Shown here piece after piece: positions 38,001 through 50,391 of a DNA stretch of 64,000 nt. Each line of letters opens with the position of its first letter. Positions within the stretch are counted from its first letter, which is position 1. The notes beneath the pieces are model-generated. The model was not told the origin of the DNA, searched no databases, and worked only from the letters and a program-made list of their open reading frames with translations. Both the position numbers and the translations under genes were made by a program. Source of the stretch: Felis catus (lineage: Eukaryota); the NCBI RefSeq assembly GCF_018350175.1, contig NC_058369.1, forward strand, positions 11,038,001 to 11,102,000, written 5' to 3'.

Positions 38001-41000
38001 GAATACCATAATAGTAGGGGATTTCAACAACTCATTTAGATCAATGGATATATTATATAAGCAGAAAAATCAACAAGGAAACAATGGCTTTGAATGACAC
38101 CGAATCAGATGGACTTAACATATCTATTCAGAACATTTCATCCTAAAGCAGCAGAATACACAGACAGTCTTCTCAAGTGCACATGGAACATTCTCAAGAA
38201 TAGATCACATCCTTGGTCACAGAACAGCCCTCAACAAGTACAGAAAGATCAAGATCATACCTTGCATGTTTTCAGACCACAACACTATGAAGCTTGAAAT
38301 CAAACACAAGAAAAAAATTGTAAAGACCATGAAAACGCTGAGATGAAAGAACATCCTAAAAAGAATGAATGGGTCAACCAAGAAATTAAAGAGGAAATAA
38401 AAAAGTACATGGAACTCAATGAAAATGAAACACAACAGGTCAAAACCTCTGAGATGGAACAAAGGCAAACATAAGAGGAAACTATATAGCAATCCATGAC
38501 TTCCTAAAGAAGGAAGAAAAGTTTCAAGCACACAACCTAAACTTATACCTAAAAGAGCTGGAAAAGGAACAGCAAAAAAAGCCCAAAACCAGCAGGAAAA
38601 AAGGAAATAATATACAGTAGAAATCAATGATATCAAAATCAAAACAAAAAAAAAACACAATAGAACAGATCAATGAAACCAGGAGATGGTTCTTTGAACA
38701 AATTAACAAAATTGATACACCACTAACCAGATGGATCAAAAAGAAAAAGAAAAGGACCCAAATAAATAAAATAAAAAATGAAAGAGGGGAGATCAAAACC
38801 AACACTGCAGAAATACAAACAATAATAAGAGAATATGATAAGCAAATATATGGCAACAAATTGGACAATCTGGAAGAAATAGACAAGTTCCTAGAAACAT
38901 ATAAACTACCAATACTGAAACAGGAAGAAATATAAAACGTCAATAAACCCATAATCAGTATGAAGAAATTGAATCACTAATGAAAAATCTCCCAACAAAC
39001 CAAACTCCAGAGCTGGATGGCTTTCCAGTGGAATGCTACCAAATATTTAAAGAAAAGTTAATGCCTATTCTTGTGAAGCTATTCCAAAAAAAACAGAAAT
39101 GGGAGGAAAACTTCCAACCTCATTCTGCAAGCCCAGTATTACCTTGATTCCAAAACCAGACAAAGACCCCACTAAAAAAGAACTACAGACCAATTTCTCT
39201 GATGAATATGGATGCAAATTCTCAACAAGATACTAGCCAGCCATGTCCAAAAATACATTAAAAGAATTGTTCACCATGATCAAGTGGGATTTATTCCTCA
39301 GATGCAGGGCTGGTTCAATATCCACAAATCAACCAATGTGATACATCACATCAATAAAAGAAAGGATAAGAACCACATGATCTTCTTAATAGGTGCTGAA
39401 AATGAATTTGACAAAATACAGGATCCTTTCTTGATAAAAACCCTCAAGAAAGTGGGGATAGAAGGATCATACCTCAAGATCATAAGGGCCATATATGAAA
39501 GACCCACCGTTAATATCCTCAAAAACAGAAACCTTTCCCCCTAAAGTCAGGAATACGACAAGGATGTCCACTCTCACTACTGTTATTCAACATAGTGTTG
39601 GAAGTCTTAGCCTCAGCAGTCAGACAAAACAAAGAAATAAAAGGCATCCATATCAACAAGGAGAAGTCAAATTGTCACTCTTTGTAGACAACATGATACT
39701 CTAAGTGGAAAGCCCAAAAGACTCCACCAAAAAGCTGCTCAAACTAACACACGAATTCAGCAAAATTGCAGGATACTAAATCAATGTACAGCAGTCGGTT
39801 GCATTTCTTTTTTTAATTTTTTTTTCTGAGAGAGAGAAAGAGCATGAGCAGGGGAAGGGTAGAGAGAAAGGGAGACAGAGAATCCAAAGCAGGATCCAGG
39901 CTCTGAGCTGTCAGCACAGAGCCCAATGTGGGGCTCAAACTCGTGAACTGCAAGATCATGACCTGAGCTGAAGTTGGATGCTTAACTGACAGAGCCAGCC
40001 AGGCACCCATCTGTTACATCTCTATACACCAATAATGAAACAACAGAAAGAGAAATCAAGGAATAGATCCCATTTGCAATTACACCAAAGCCATATAATA
40101 CCTAGGAATAAACCTAACCAAAAGAGGTAAAAAATATAAGGAATTAAGAAGACACCAAAAAAAAGGAAAAATATTTCATGCTTATACACTAGGAGAACAA
40201 ATATTGTTAAAGTGTTAATACTACCCAAAGCAATCTACATATTCTATGCAGTTCCTATCAAAATAATACCAGCATTCTTCACAGAGCTAGAATAGACAAT
40301 CCTAAATTTGTATGGAACCAGAAAAGATTCCGAACAGCCAAAGCAATCCTGAAAAAGAAAACCAAAGCTGGAGGCATCACAATCCCAGACGTCAAGCTGT
40401 ATTACAAAGCTGTAACCATCAAGACACTATGGTACTGGCACAAATACAGACACATAGATCAACGGAACAGAACAGGGAACTCAGAAATGGACCTGGAAAC
40501 ATATGAACAACGAATACTTGACAAATAAGGAAAGAATATCCAATGGAAAAAAGATAGTCTCTTCAGCAAATGGAGTTGGGAAAACTCGACAGCAACATGC
40601 AGAAGGATCAGCCTGGACCACTTTCTTACACCATACACGACAATAAATTCAAAATGGATAAAATACTTAAACATAAGACAGGAACCTATCAAAATCCTAC
40701 AGGAGAAAACAAGCAACAACCTCTTTGATCTCAGCTGCAGCAGCTTCTTACTTGACATGTCTCTGAAGGCAAAGGAAACAAAAGCAAACACAAACTATTG
40801 GGACCCCATCAAGATAAAATGCTTCTGCACAGTGAAGGAAACAATCGGCAAAACTAAAAGGCAACCAACAGAATGAGAGAAGATATTTGCAAATGACGAA
40901 GCAGATAAAGGGTTAGTACCCAAAATCTGTAAAGAACTTATAAAACTCAGCATCATAAGAACAAATATTCCAGGGAAGAAATGGGCCAAAGACATCAATA

Positions 41001-41940
41001 GACACTTTTCCAAAGAAGACATCCAGATGGCTAACAGACACATGAAAAGATGCTCAACATCAACCATCATCAGGGAAATACAAATCAAAACCACAATGAG
41101 ATACCACCTCACACTTGTCTGAAGGACTAAAATGAACAACTTAGGCAACAACAGTTGTTACCAATGGTGCAGAGAAAGAGGAACCCTTATGCTCTGCTGA
41201 TGGGAATACAAACTGATGCAGCCACTCTAGAAAATGTATAGAGGTTCCTCAAAAAATAAAAAAAGAACTACCCTACAACCCAGCAATTGCACTACTAGGA
41301 ATTTACCCAAAGGATTCAAAAATACTGTTTCAAGGAGCACATACACCCAAGTTTTTATAGCAGCACTATCGACAATAGTCAAAGTATGGAAAGAGTCCAA
41401 ATGTCCATCAACTCATGAATGGATAAAGAAGTGGTACATATATATGTGCGATTATTAGTTGGAATCAAAAAGAATGAGATCTTGCCATTTGTAACAACAT
41501 GCATGGAACTAAAATGTATCATGCTAAGTGAAATAAGTCAGATAAATATCATTTGATTTCACTCATATGTGGAATTTAAGAAACAAAATAGATGAACATA
41601 GGGCAAGGGAAGTAAAAATAAGATAAAAACAGAGAGGGAGACAAACCATAAGAGAGTCTTAAATACAGAGAACAAACTGAGGGTTGCTGGAGGAGAGGTG
41701 GGTGGGGGTGGGCTAAATGAGTGATGGGCATTAATGAGGACAATTGTTGGGATGAGCACCGGGTGTTATATGTAAGTGATAAATCACTAAATTCTATTCC
41801 TGAAACCATTGATTTGGAATCAATGAAATGATTCCATGAAACTCACTAATATTAACTAATTTGGATTTATAGTTTAAAAATATAACAATAAATTAAAAGT
41901 AAATAAATAAATAATAAATTAAAAGTAAATAAATAAATTC
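35092..41940 (+). mobile_element. Near full-length decayed LINE-1 (5'UTR, ORF1, ORF2, 3'UTR) with a Can-SINE inserted at 39808-40008
   Basis: ORF1 remnants at ~36630-37500; EN/RT fragments (37870 TIVNIYAP..IIVGDFN; 39212 [17 protein letters not shown]); many stops and frameshifts. Confidence 0.95.
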
Positions 41941-42060
41941 AATAAAGTAGCAGAACTTTAGAAAAAAATTGAAATTCCAGCGTATAAATAGAGTTATTAA
42001 GTTCCTTCATGATCTGATTAAAGAATCACAATTTCTGATTGTAAAGAATTAAGCCTGCAA

Positions 42061-43566
42061 TCACAGGTACTTCTTGAAAAATAGCCCTTTTATGGCTTCC
42101 TCTGAAAAATACATTTAGAGTTTCCTTTATGTATTTTTTTAATATGAAATTTATTGTCAAATTGGTTTCCATACAACACCCAGTGTTCATCCCAAAAGGT
42201 GCCCTCCTCAATACCCATCACCCACGCTCCCCTCCCTCCCACCCCCCATCAACCCTCAGTTTGTTCTCACTTTTTAAGAGTCTCTGATGGTTTGCCTCCC
42301 TCCCTTTCTTTTTCTTTTTTTTCCCTTCCCCTCCCCCATGATCTTCTGTTAAGTTTCTGAGGATCCACATAAGAGTGAAAACATATGGTATCTGTCTTTC
42401 TCTGTATGACTTATTTCACTTAGTATCACACTCTCCAGTTCCATCCACGTTGCTACAAAGGGCCAGATTTCATTCTTTCTCATTGCCAAGTAGGATTCCA
42501 TTGTGTATATAAACCACAATTTCTTTATCCATTTGTCAGTTGATGGACATTTAGGCTCTTTCCATCATTTGGCTATTGTTGAGAGTGCTGCTATAAACAT
42601 TGGGGTACAAGTGCCCCTATGCATCAGCACTCCTGTATCCCTTGGGTAAATTCCTAGCAGTGCTATTGCTGGGTCATAGGGTAGATCTATTTTTCATGTT
42701 TTGAGGAACCTCCACACTGTTTTCCAGAGTGATGGCACCAGTTTGCATTCCCACCGGCAGTGTAAGTGGGTTCCCATTTCTCCACATCCTCGCCAGCATC
42801 TATAGTCTCCTGGTTTGTTCATTTTAACCACTCTGACTAGCATGAGGTGATATCTCAGTGTGGTCTTGATTTGTATTTCCCTGATGAGGAGTGGCATTGA
42901 GCATCTTTTCATGTGCCTGTTGGCCATCTGGATGTCTTCTTTAGAGAAGTGCCTATTCATGTCTTCTGCCCATTTCTTCACTGGATTATTTGTTTTTCGG
43001 GTGTGGAGTTTGGTGAGTTCTTTATAGATTTTGGATACTAGCCTTTTGTCTGATATGTCATTTGCAAATATCTTTTCCCATTCCATCAGTTGCCTTTCAG
43101 TTTTGTTGATTGTTTCCTTTGTAGTGCAGAAGTTTTTATCTTGATGAGGTCCCAATATTTCATTTTTGCTTTTAATTCCCTTGCCTTTGGAGATGTGTCA
43201 AGTAATAAATTGCTGTGGCTGAGGTCAGAGAGGTTTTATCCTGCTTTCTCCTCTAGGGTTTTGATGGTTTCCTTTATGTCTTTGTTCCTCAGGCTGTAGA
43301 CGAAGGGTTCGACATGGGCATGACCACAGCGTACATCACCAAGGCTGTTGCACTTGAGTGGGAGCTCTGGGTAGCAGCAAACCTAAGGTACACTCCTAGG
43401 TTCATACAGAAGAATAAGGAGACAACTGAGAAGTGAGACGCACGGGTGGAAAATGCTTTATTATTGGCCTGAGCTTATGGGATCCCATGTATGCAGGAAA
43501 TTTTCTTAGAATAAGAGGAAAGGACCCCAGCCAGGGGAGCACCACCCAGCAGCACAGCTACAAAAT
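42061..43566 (-). pseudogene. 5'-truncated OR7A-like pseudogene (TM5 to C-terminus) split by an L1
   Basis: 43566->43268 reads [86 protein letters not shown]/fs/[11 protein letters not shown]. It resumes at 42132->42061 as IKETLNVFFRG..(fs)KGLFFKKYL*, then 3'UTR to ~41945. Confidence 0.93.
42133..43266 (-). mobile_element. Young 5'-truncated L1 inserted in the OR pseudogene
   Basis: ORF2 C-terminus (42694..43155), felid-type tail, 13-bp TSD gtttcctttatgt (42120-42132 and 43267-43279). Confidence 0.94.
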
Positions 43567-43794
43567 GGAATAATATTTCCCATCTTCTCATTGCTGACAT
43601 TTGGGGCTGGATAAATATATGTGTTTGGTGCTGTCCTATGGGTTACAGGTGTTTGGCAACATCCCTTCACCCATGGCCAAATATCCCCAGGGACAAAATC
43701 ATGCCTGGTTGAGAACCACTGTGCCAAGACTTGACAACTGGAAGCATCGTGACAGAACTCCCATCGAGGCTTCATCCAGGACTACATTTATAAG

Positions 43795-44079
43795 TGTGAC
43801 ATGATATGTAATAAAAATATATCTATGTGGCCATCATCCCCATTTTGACACAGAGATAATAAAATTCTTCCAACTTCCTAAGTGATGAGGATCATAAAGA
43901 TGTTTTCTGTCAGGTGGGCACCTGGGTGACTAAGTTGGTTAAGCATCCGACTCTTGATCTCAGTTCAGGTCATGATCTCACAGTTTGTGAGTTTGAGCTT
44001 CGCATTGGGTTCTGAACTGACAGTTGGATTTCTGTTGCTCTCTCTCTCTGTCTGCCCCTCTCCCTCTCATATGTGCATG

Positions 44080-44137
<58 letters not shown>

Positions 44138-44510
44138 ATAAATAAATAAACTCAAAAATATATATATCTTCTGTTAGGTTAGTGTAGTGACTTTGGCAAA
44201 GCATCTAAGGAGAGGGGCTGCTGTGGAGGACTCAACATGTGATTAGAAGACTGAAACTTTACATCCCAAACCCTGACTTCCAGGGGTGGAGGAGGCTCTG
44301 GAGACTGAGTCTAATCACCAATAGCCAATGATACAATCAGTTGTGCCTACATCATGAAGCTCTCATAAAACCCAAAAGGAGGGTTCAGAGAGTTTTCAGG
44401 TTGGTGAACACATGGAGACAGGTAGAGTGGCATGCCTGGAGAAGGAATGGAAGCTCCACACCCTCTCCCCATACCTTGCCCTGTGCATCTCTTCTATCTG
44501 TCATCATCTC
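43795..44510 (+). mobile_element. MER21-like ERVL LTR with nested Can-SINE (43915-44155)
   Basis: tgtga..taataaaaatatat..cacagag..aatcaccaatagccaatga..gggttcagagag; paralog at 54647. Confidence 0.72.
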
Positions 44511-44694
44511 TCCCCAAAGGCAGCACAGCTCATGAGGGAAATACTCAAGAGACACGTATAAACTTGAGCATGCACAAGCTTGCCTACTGAGTCCATCATT
44601 GGACCACCTAACCTCGGACCTGAGGTAGATCTCCAGTTCTTGGTAAAAAAGGGTCTAAAAATACCTACCCCTGACTCAAACACTGAACCACAGC

Positions 44695-45092
44695 CTTACT
44701 ACTCAAAGATGGGTCCACAGGCCAGATGGGTGGCATCAGTACCTACTGAGAAATGGTTACAATTACAGGATCTCTGTACCCATCAGGACCACCCATGTCC
44801 TGCCAAATCAGAGTCCGAATTTCAACAGGATAACCAAGTGATTCATAAATACATTAATGTTGGAGAAGTTCTGGTCTAGAGTGGTGTTTCTCAACTTCTC
44901 CACTGTTGACACTGTGCTAGATAATGCTCTGTGGTGGGGGCCGTCCTGTGCATTATATGATATGGGGCACCATCCCTGTCCTCAACCCACTAGGTCCCAG
45001 TGGCACCTCCCTAGTTACGACAACCAAAACTTTCTCCCTTATCTTGTCAAGTGTTCTCTGAAGGCAAAATCACCCTTGGTTGAGAGCCACTG
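44695..45092. mobile_element. MER5B-like plus full-length MER20 (module E)
   Basis: The MER20 retains the central segment cccactagg..ccagtggcacctccc..gttacgacaaccaaaa that the other module copies lack. Confidence 0.8.
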
Positions 45093-45232
45093 ACCTAGCG
45101 CATGAGAACTGGAAATATCTTGGTCGATTTACAGTCAAAGCTCCTTCCTCCCTCAGTTCACAATTCTGAGTAGTTCATGCCACACTTCTGAGCCCCACTG
45201 TTACAACTGTACTTTAATAAGTGTGGACTTTT

Positions 45233-45455
45233 CAGGGTGCCTGGCTGGCTCAGTCAGTTACGTGTCCAACTTCAGCTCAGGTCATGATCTCACGGTTCAT
45301 GGTTTCCAGCCCCACATCTGGCTCTGTACTGACAGCTCAGAGCCTGGAGTCTGCTTCGGATTCTGTGTCTCCCTCTCTGTCTGCCCTTCCCCCATTAGTG
45401 CTCTGTATCTCTTTGTCTCTCAAAAATGAATAAAAACATTAAAAATTTTTAAAAA
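45233..45455 (+). mobile_element. Can-SINE
   Basis: Full element with TSD aataagtgtg(g/a)actttt. Confidence 0.92.
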
Positions 45456-45469
45456 ATAAGTGTGAACTT

Positions 45470-45800
45470 TTCTTTAATTCTACATATGAATGAAATGATA
45501 TGATATTTGTCTTTCTCTGCCTGACTTATTTTTCTCAACATATTACAGTCTAGCTCAACCCACATGGGTGGGGAGAGAAGAGAGGGAAACAAACCACAAG
45601 AAAATCTTAACTATAAAGAACAAATGAGGATTGATTGAGGCAGGTGGGTGGGGATGGGCTAGATGGGTGATGAGGATGAAGGAGAACACTTTAGGATGAG
45701 CACTGGGTGTTGTATGTAAGTGATGAATCACCGAATTCTACTCCTGAAACAAATATTACACTGTATATGAACTAACAAAAATTTAGATTAAAAAAAAAAA
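45470..45800 (+). mobile_element. 5'-inverted L1 3' fragment
   Basis: Antisense L1 piece at 45470-45565 joined to a sense L1 tail at 45566-45800 with polyA. Confidence 0.75.
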
Positions 45801-46264
45801 AGAGTGGGCTTTTGTAAAAATGAAATAAGGCAATCCACACAGAAGTCTAAGATCAGTGTATGGTACATAACATGATCTAAATATATCTTATAAGTAACGA
45901 ACTTTTTCATCTGGGACACTAAATGGAAGTTCTCAATTTGTGTTACCAGCATGACTCACCTTACTGATTAGTCAAAAACATCATGAACACAAGAGTACGG
46001 TACCCATAGGCTTATAGCAAATTAACATACCTCTCTCTCTTGTTGAGAGGAGAATAGCAATTTTCTAGAGAAACCGGGAAGTCATCTCTGCCATAAGACA
46101 ATACTTTGGAGGTCCATGAGACCTGATTAGGCAGGTCCCTCAGTCTTAGATTTGGAGAAAACGTTAACTCAAAATTGGGGTAAGATGTAAGGAGGTTAGA
46201 CCTCTGGAAGGCCAGAAAGAGCATGGAGAAGAAATAACAAAAGTCAGATTCACCTGACTTCTAA

Positions 46265-46609
46265 TCTGGTCTCCTGGGAACAGAGAATTAGCAGGAAAAA
46301 AAATTCTTTTCTGTCCAGACCAGTGGCCCAGAGGGAAACAAGGTGCTCCAGCGTGGGACTAACAATGGAAACAGCACCTAATGAGCAGACACAGGGAGCT
46401 GTAAATATCTCCTCTGCCGTCCTAACCATGGTGATCCTTGTGCAGGACAGGACATGGTTGTTGCTCTCGGATTCCTAAGTCTGGCTGGGGGACCAATGCT
46501 TCGCTCCTTCCTGCTGTCCTGTCTGGGAACAGAGCCTTGGTTTCCATCATCGACCATCAAGGGGGAATTTCAGTCCTCCTCTCCTCTTGTAGACCCCATC
46601 CAGGTGAGT
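46265..46609 (+). promoter_or_regulatory. Putative OR promoter and first exon for the gene at 50392
   Basis: TCTCCTGGGAA (46270), CCCAGAGGGAA (46327), TAATGA (46379-46384), gctgtaaata, and consensus donor CAG|GTGAGT (46604). Confidence 0.7.
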
Positions 46610-47489
46610 CTGAGAGCTCAGCAGGTATTTCAGGAAAGGATCAGAAAGAATGGAACTTGAGAACCTTTTCTTGAGGTCACCTGAGAGCCTAAGCAGCCTG
46701 GCCCAGAGTCAAGAGATACCATGTTTGTTTGTTAGGTTGACTTTTAAAAATTTGAACACAATTTACTTAACACATTTTTTAAAAGAAGTGTTTGTTGGAC
46801 TCAGCAATACAAGGATCACTGGTGATGCTGAGCGGTGGGAATGGAAGTCCAATTGGGTGAGACTGAAGAAGGAAAAGGGGGCAGGTGCGTAAAGAGGTTC
46901 CAGTGAAATTAGCACGTATCCACGGAGTTTTGCAGCTAACGGGAGTAGGGAAACAGAGTAGGCGGCTTGGAGGTATGAGCAGCGGGATGGGAGCATCTTA
47001 CACTTTTTTTCATTTGGGGTACATTTAACTTGTTCTTTATCTCTTAGAAGGATCCAGCCTCCTGAAGGTAAATACTCCCTTGCGACAGTGGTTTTTGAGA
47101 CACACATTTCAAGTATCGTCTCTCTCTTTGGTATTTACCAGAAAGAAATAATAGACTTAGTATGACTGAAGGGATATGCCAAGGAGCATTTTGGCCACAA
47201 TTTTATTACCAAGGAGGCTGAATAGGTTTTAGACTTTGTTAGCCACTTACTTCCTATATGCAAATTTTTTGGCAAGTATGTTGCTTTTCTGTACTGGGAA
47301 CTGAGTGTTTTTATTGTTGTTTTATTGCATTCTTTCAAAAAACAATCGCAATCTTTCACCAAGTTTGCTGTTTGCCACTTAATATTTCTGTTGTGTGTAC
47401 ATGTGTTTATGGGATTGAGAGAGAGTCTAGATATAGTGTGTGCTCAAATCTCTCAGTTGGTCATATTGTGTTCCCCTCATTGCTTTTAA

Positions 47490-47736
47490 AAATTTTTTTT
47501 CAACGTTTATTTATTTTTGGGACAGAGAGAGACAGAGCATGGACGGGGGAGGGGCAGAGAGAGAGGGAGACACAGAATCGGAAACAGGCTCCAGGCTCTG
47601 AGCCATCAGCCCAGAGCCTGACGCGGGGCTCGAACTCACGGACCGCAAGATCGTGACCTGGCTGAAGTCGGACGCTTAACTGACTGCGCCACCCAGGCGC
47701 CCCCTTTTTTTTTTTTAATTTTTTTTCAACGTTTAT
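47490..47736 (-). mobile_element. Young SINEC_Fc plus an extra SINE tail fragment
   Basis: Full element at 47490-47704 and a second tail at 47705-47736, both inside TSD tcattgcttttaaa. Confidence 0.92.
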
Positions 47737-49064
47737 TCATTGCTTTTAAACATCGAAATTCTTCCACATCCTTACTAGTAAGAAGTGCTTTTCCATATAT
47801 TGCTGTGTTATGTCACATCTGACTTTCCTTATTTCTGCCATTTTATATTTTGAAGTTAGATCTGTTTTTTAAAATAGAAATCACCTCCTGTCCTTATGTG
47901 CAACATGTTCTTTTGTATTTAACTAAAGATTCCCTACATCTTTTCCATCAGCATGATTGAGTCCATTTATGGTTACATACAATAAAATTATAGCTTTAGC
48001 TACTGCTTCCTCCACTGTATGTTAAAAACTATATTTTCCCATCATTTATTTCCAAGCTTTTACCCATTTCGTCCTGAATCAGAGACCCATGTGGATATGA
48101 TTATTGCTCTTTTACATCTTTTCTGTAAGACATTAGTGTTGGATCATTGTTCAATTTTGTTTAATACAGTTACTAGAATCCATCATGTTTAACACGATTT
48201 TCGTTTCCCTAATGTACTTTTTTTAATACATTCTCATGTTCTTAGAACTTGTTTCTGTATGAATGCACACCTTTGTGACCAAAAGATGCAAACAAAGCAG
48301 GTGAGGCCCCTGCTCCTTTGGGTCCTAAATTATACTGGAGAAGAGAGCAAAGAAATAAGTGCTTATATGACATAGGGTCTTCAAGGATAACTCATAGAAA
48401 GAAAGGAGATAGATGGTCACGGAACGTGCATTATTTTGCACAGTACAGTCTGGGAAGGTTTCTGCATGTCAGACAAGGAACAGAGTAACGGGACTGGAGT
48501 GTTCCCACTGGATGTGGCAAAACAAAGATCAAACCCCAGAGCCCGAGATAACAAAGGAAAGAATACCACCAAGGAAAGTGAGGAAAGGGTCAGCCACATC
48601 CACTGTTGGGCCACATAAAAACAGGCATGGTCAAGTAGACAGGGAATAGGTACATTAACAACAATCAGGTCAGGGGCCCGAGGTGGACACCATGATGAGG
48701 CAAGTGGAGCCATCAGCCCGGGCTCCCTGGAGTCTGACTTAACATCAGCACCCACACTCACTACATTTTCTCTCGGCAACCAGGCTCCTATAATGGACTC
48801 GCCATTCACACTGCTTTTTTCCCACATGAGCAGGCAACGGTCTTCTGTTAAAACTACTTTTCCCGTTATACTAGTGGATTCCATTTTTTGTACTGTCCAC
48901 AGGAAACATGCCTTTGACATTATGATCCAGAATGTGTGCACATGCAAATACACAAATCCACATGGATGCTCACACGTGTGTGCGCACGCGCACACACACA
49001 AACACACACACACATGCGGCTGAACAAACAGAATGACCACTCATAAATTAACGGGAAGGATCTA

Positions 49065-49235
49065 TGCTGAACTTTTTATATATATTCACCTAATCTGTCG
49101 AGCACCTTGGAGGGTGGATACCACTGCCCCCACTATACTAGTGAGAATATTAACATTTTAGAACGATTTGCTTGTCTTCCCAAATTCAAACAGTTAACAT
49201 TTTTTGGTGGATCTAAAATTCAAAGCTCATTAACT
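49065..49235. mobile_element. MIR fragment
   Basis: MIR-core-like ..cccactatactagtgagaat..gcttgtcttcccaaattcaaacag.. Confidence 0.5.
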
Positions 49236-50391
49236 GATCCCAAAGTTGTCCAAAGTTGTGTGTGTTTACCATATAGAAAAACCTGTTACCGTTTGATCTT
49301 GATAAATCCCCGCTATTTTTGTATGCTGTGTATTTGCTTTTGTCAGTTGGGGATTTATTCCTTTTACTCATATTTCCAGTGGATGTTTATACTTTATGTG
49401 TCTTGACACGATAAATACAGCACTCTTTTCTCTTTTGGAGAAATTGGATTTTGTTGCTTTATTAGTCACACTGGGCATATGGGGGTAAACCTAGGATTGG
49501 AATGCAGCCAAAACCAGGGAAGCTTTCTTATCATCACGATCTCTCAGGGACCACCTGGGCTTATGAGATCTTTCTCCCTGCTCTTCCTTTGCTCCGTCTC
49601 CTTCTGAGTTTTTTATACTTCTCTAAATGCAGAAGAGAAGAATGGTCATATTAAAATGGAGCAGCGTGTTTTCATGTTCATGGGAACCTTACCAACTGGA
49701 AATTGGGTACTTTTCTGTATTCTTTAGGATAAGACAATTTGATATTGAGAACTTCACCTGTATCATTTCTTTCCTAAATATTGTAACTAGGGGTGAGAAG
49801 AACCCGTAGTCACCTGGCCCCAGAAGGCTGTGGTGGGCCAGTGTGGACCCTCAAAATACAGATGCCAGAATGTTAACCATCATTGGAAGTAAGAAGGAGA
49901 TCTACTTTTATTTGCAGGATTCCTTAGGGAAAAAATTAATGAAGTGCAAGGAACACTAGGCAAAGGAAGGGCTCCCTGTGTCATGAAGTTTCAGCTATAG
50001 CAGGAGGCCACCTCGTTCCTCAACAGTCCCTGCCATCACCTCTCTCTTACTTGTTTCCTGACCACACTGCCTCCATTTTTATACCTAGGTACCCGAAACA
50101 AATGCCTTCCTCAGGGCCTTTGAACTGGCTTTTCTTCCCGCAGAGCCCACACTTCCCCAGATAACCTCATGTCTTCCGTGCACATATCCCAGAAGTTTCT
50201 CTTCAAATGTCACCTTGCTTTTAGGTCTTCCTGAACTCCCTGTAAAGATAATAACCCAACCATTTTCTTTTATGCCTGCTTTTCCCCCCCACACATCATT
50301 GTAATTATAGCATTTCTGCCATGTTACTAGTGCCCATTTGTGCTAATATTAATCTTTTTTTTTTCTAATTTCTAGTCACCACCACCACCAC

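Noticed and set aside
48417..49040. 207-aa minus-strand ORF in the gene 4 intron
   Set aside because: It starts in a (CA)n-type repeat and has no recognisable domain. The region may be a degenerate repeat that I cannot classify.
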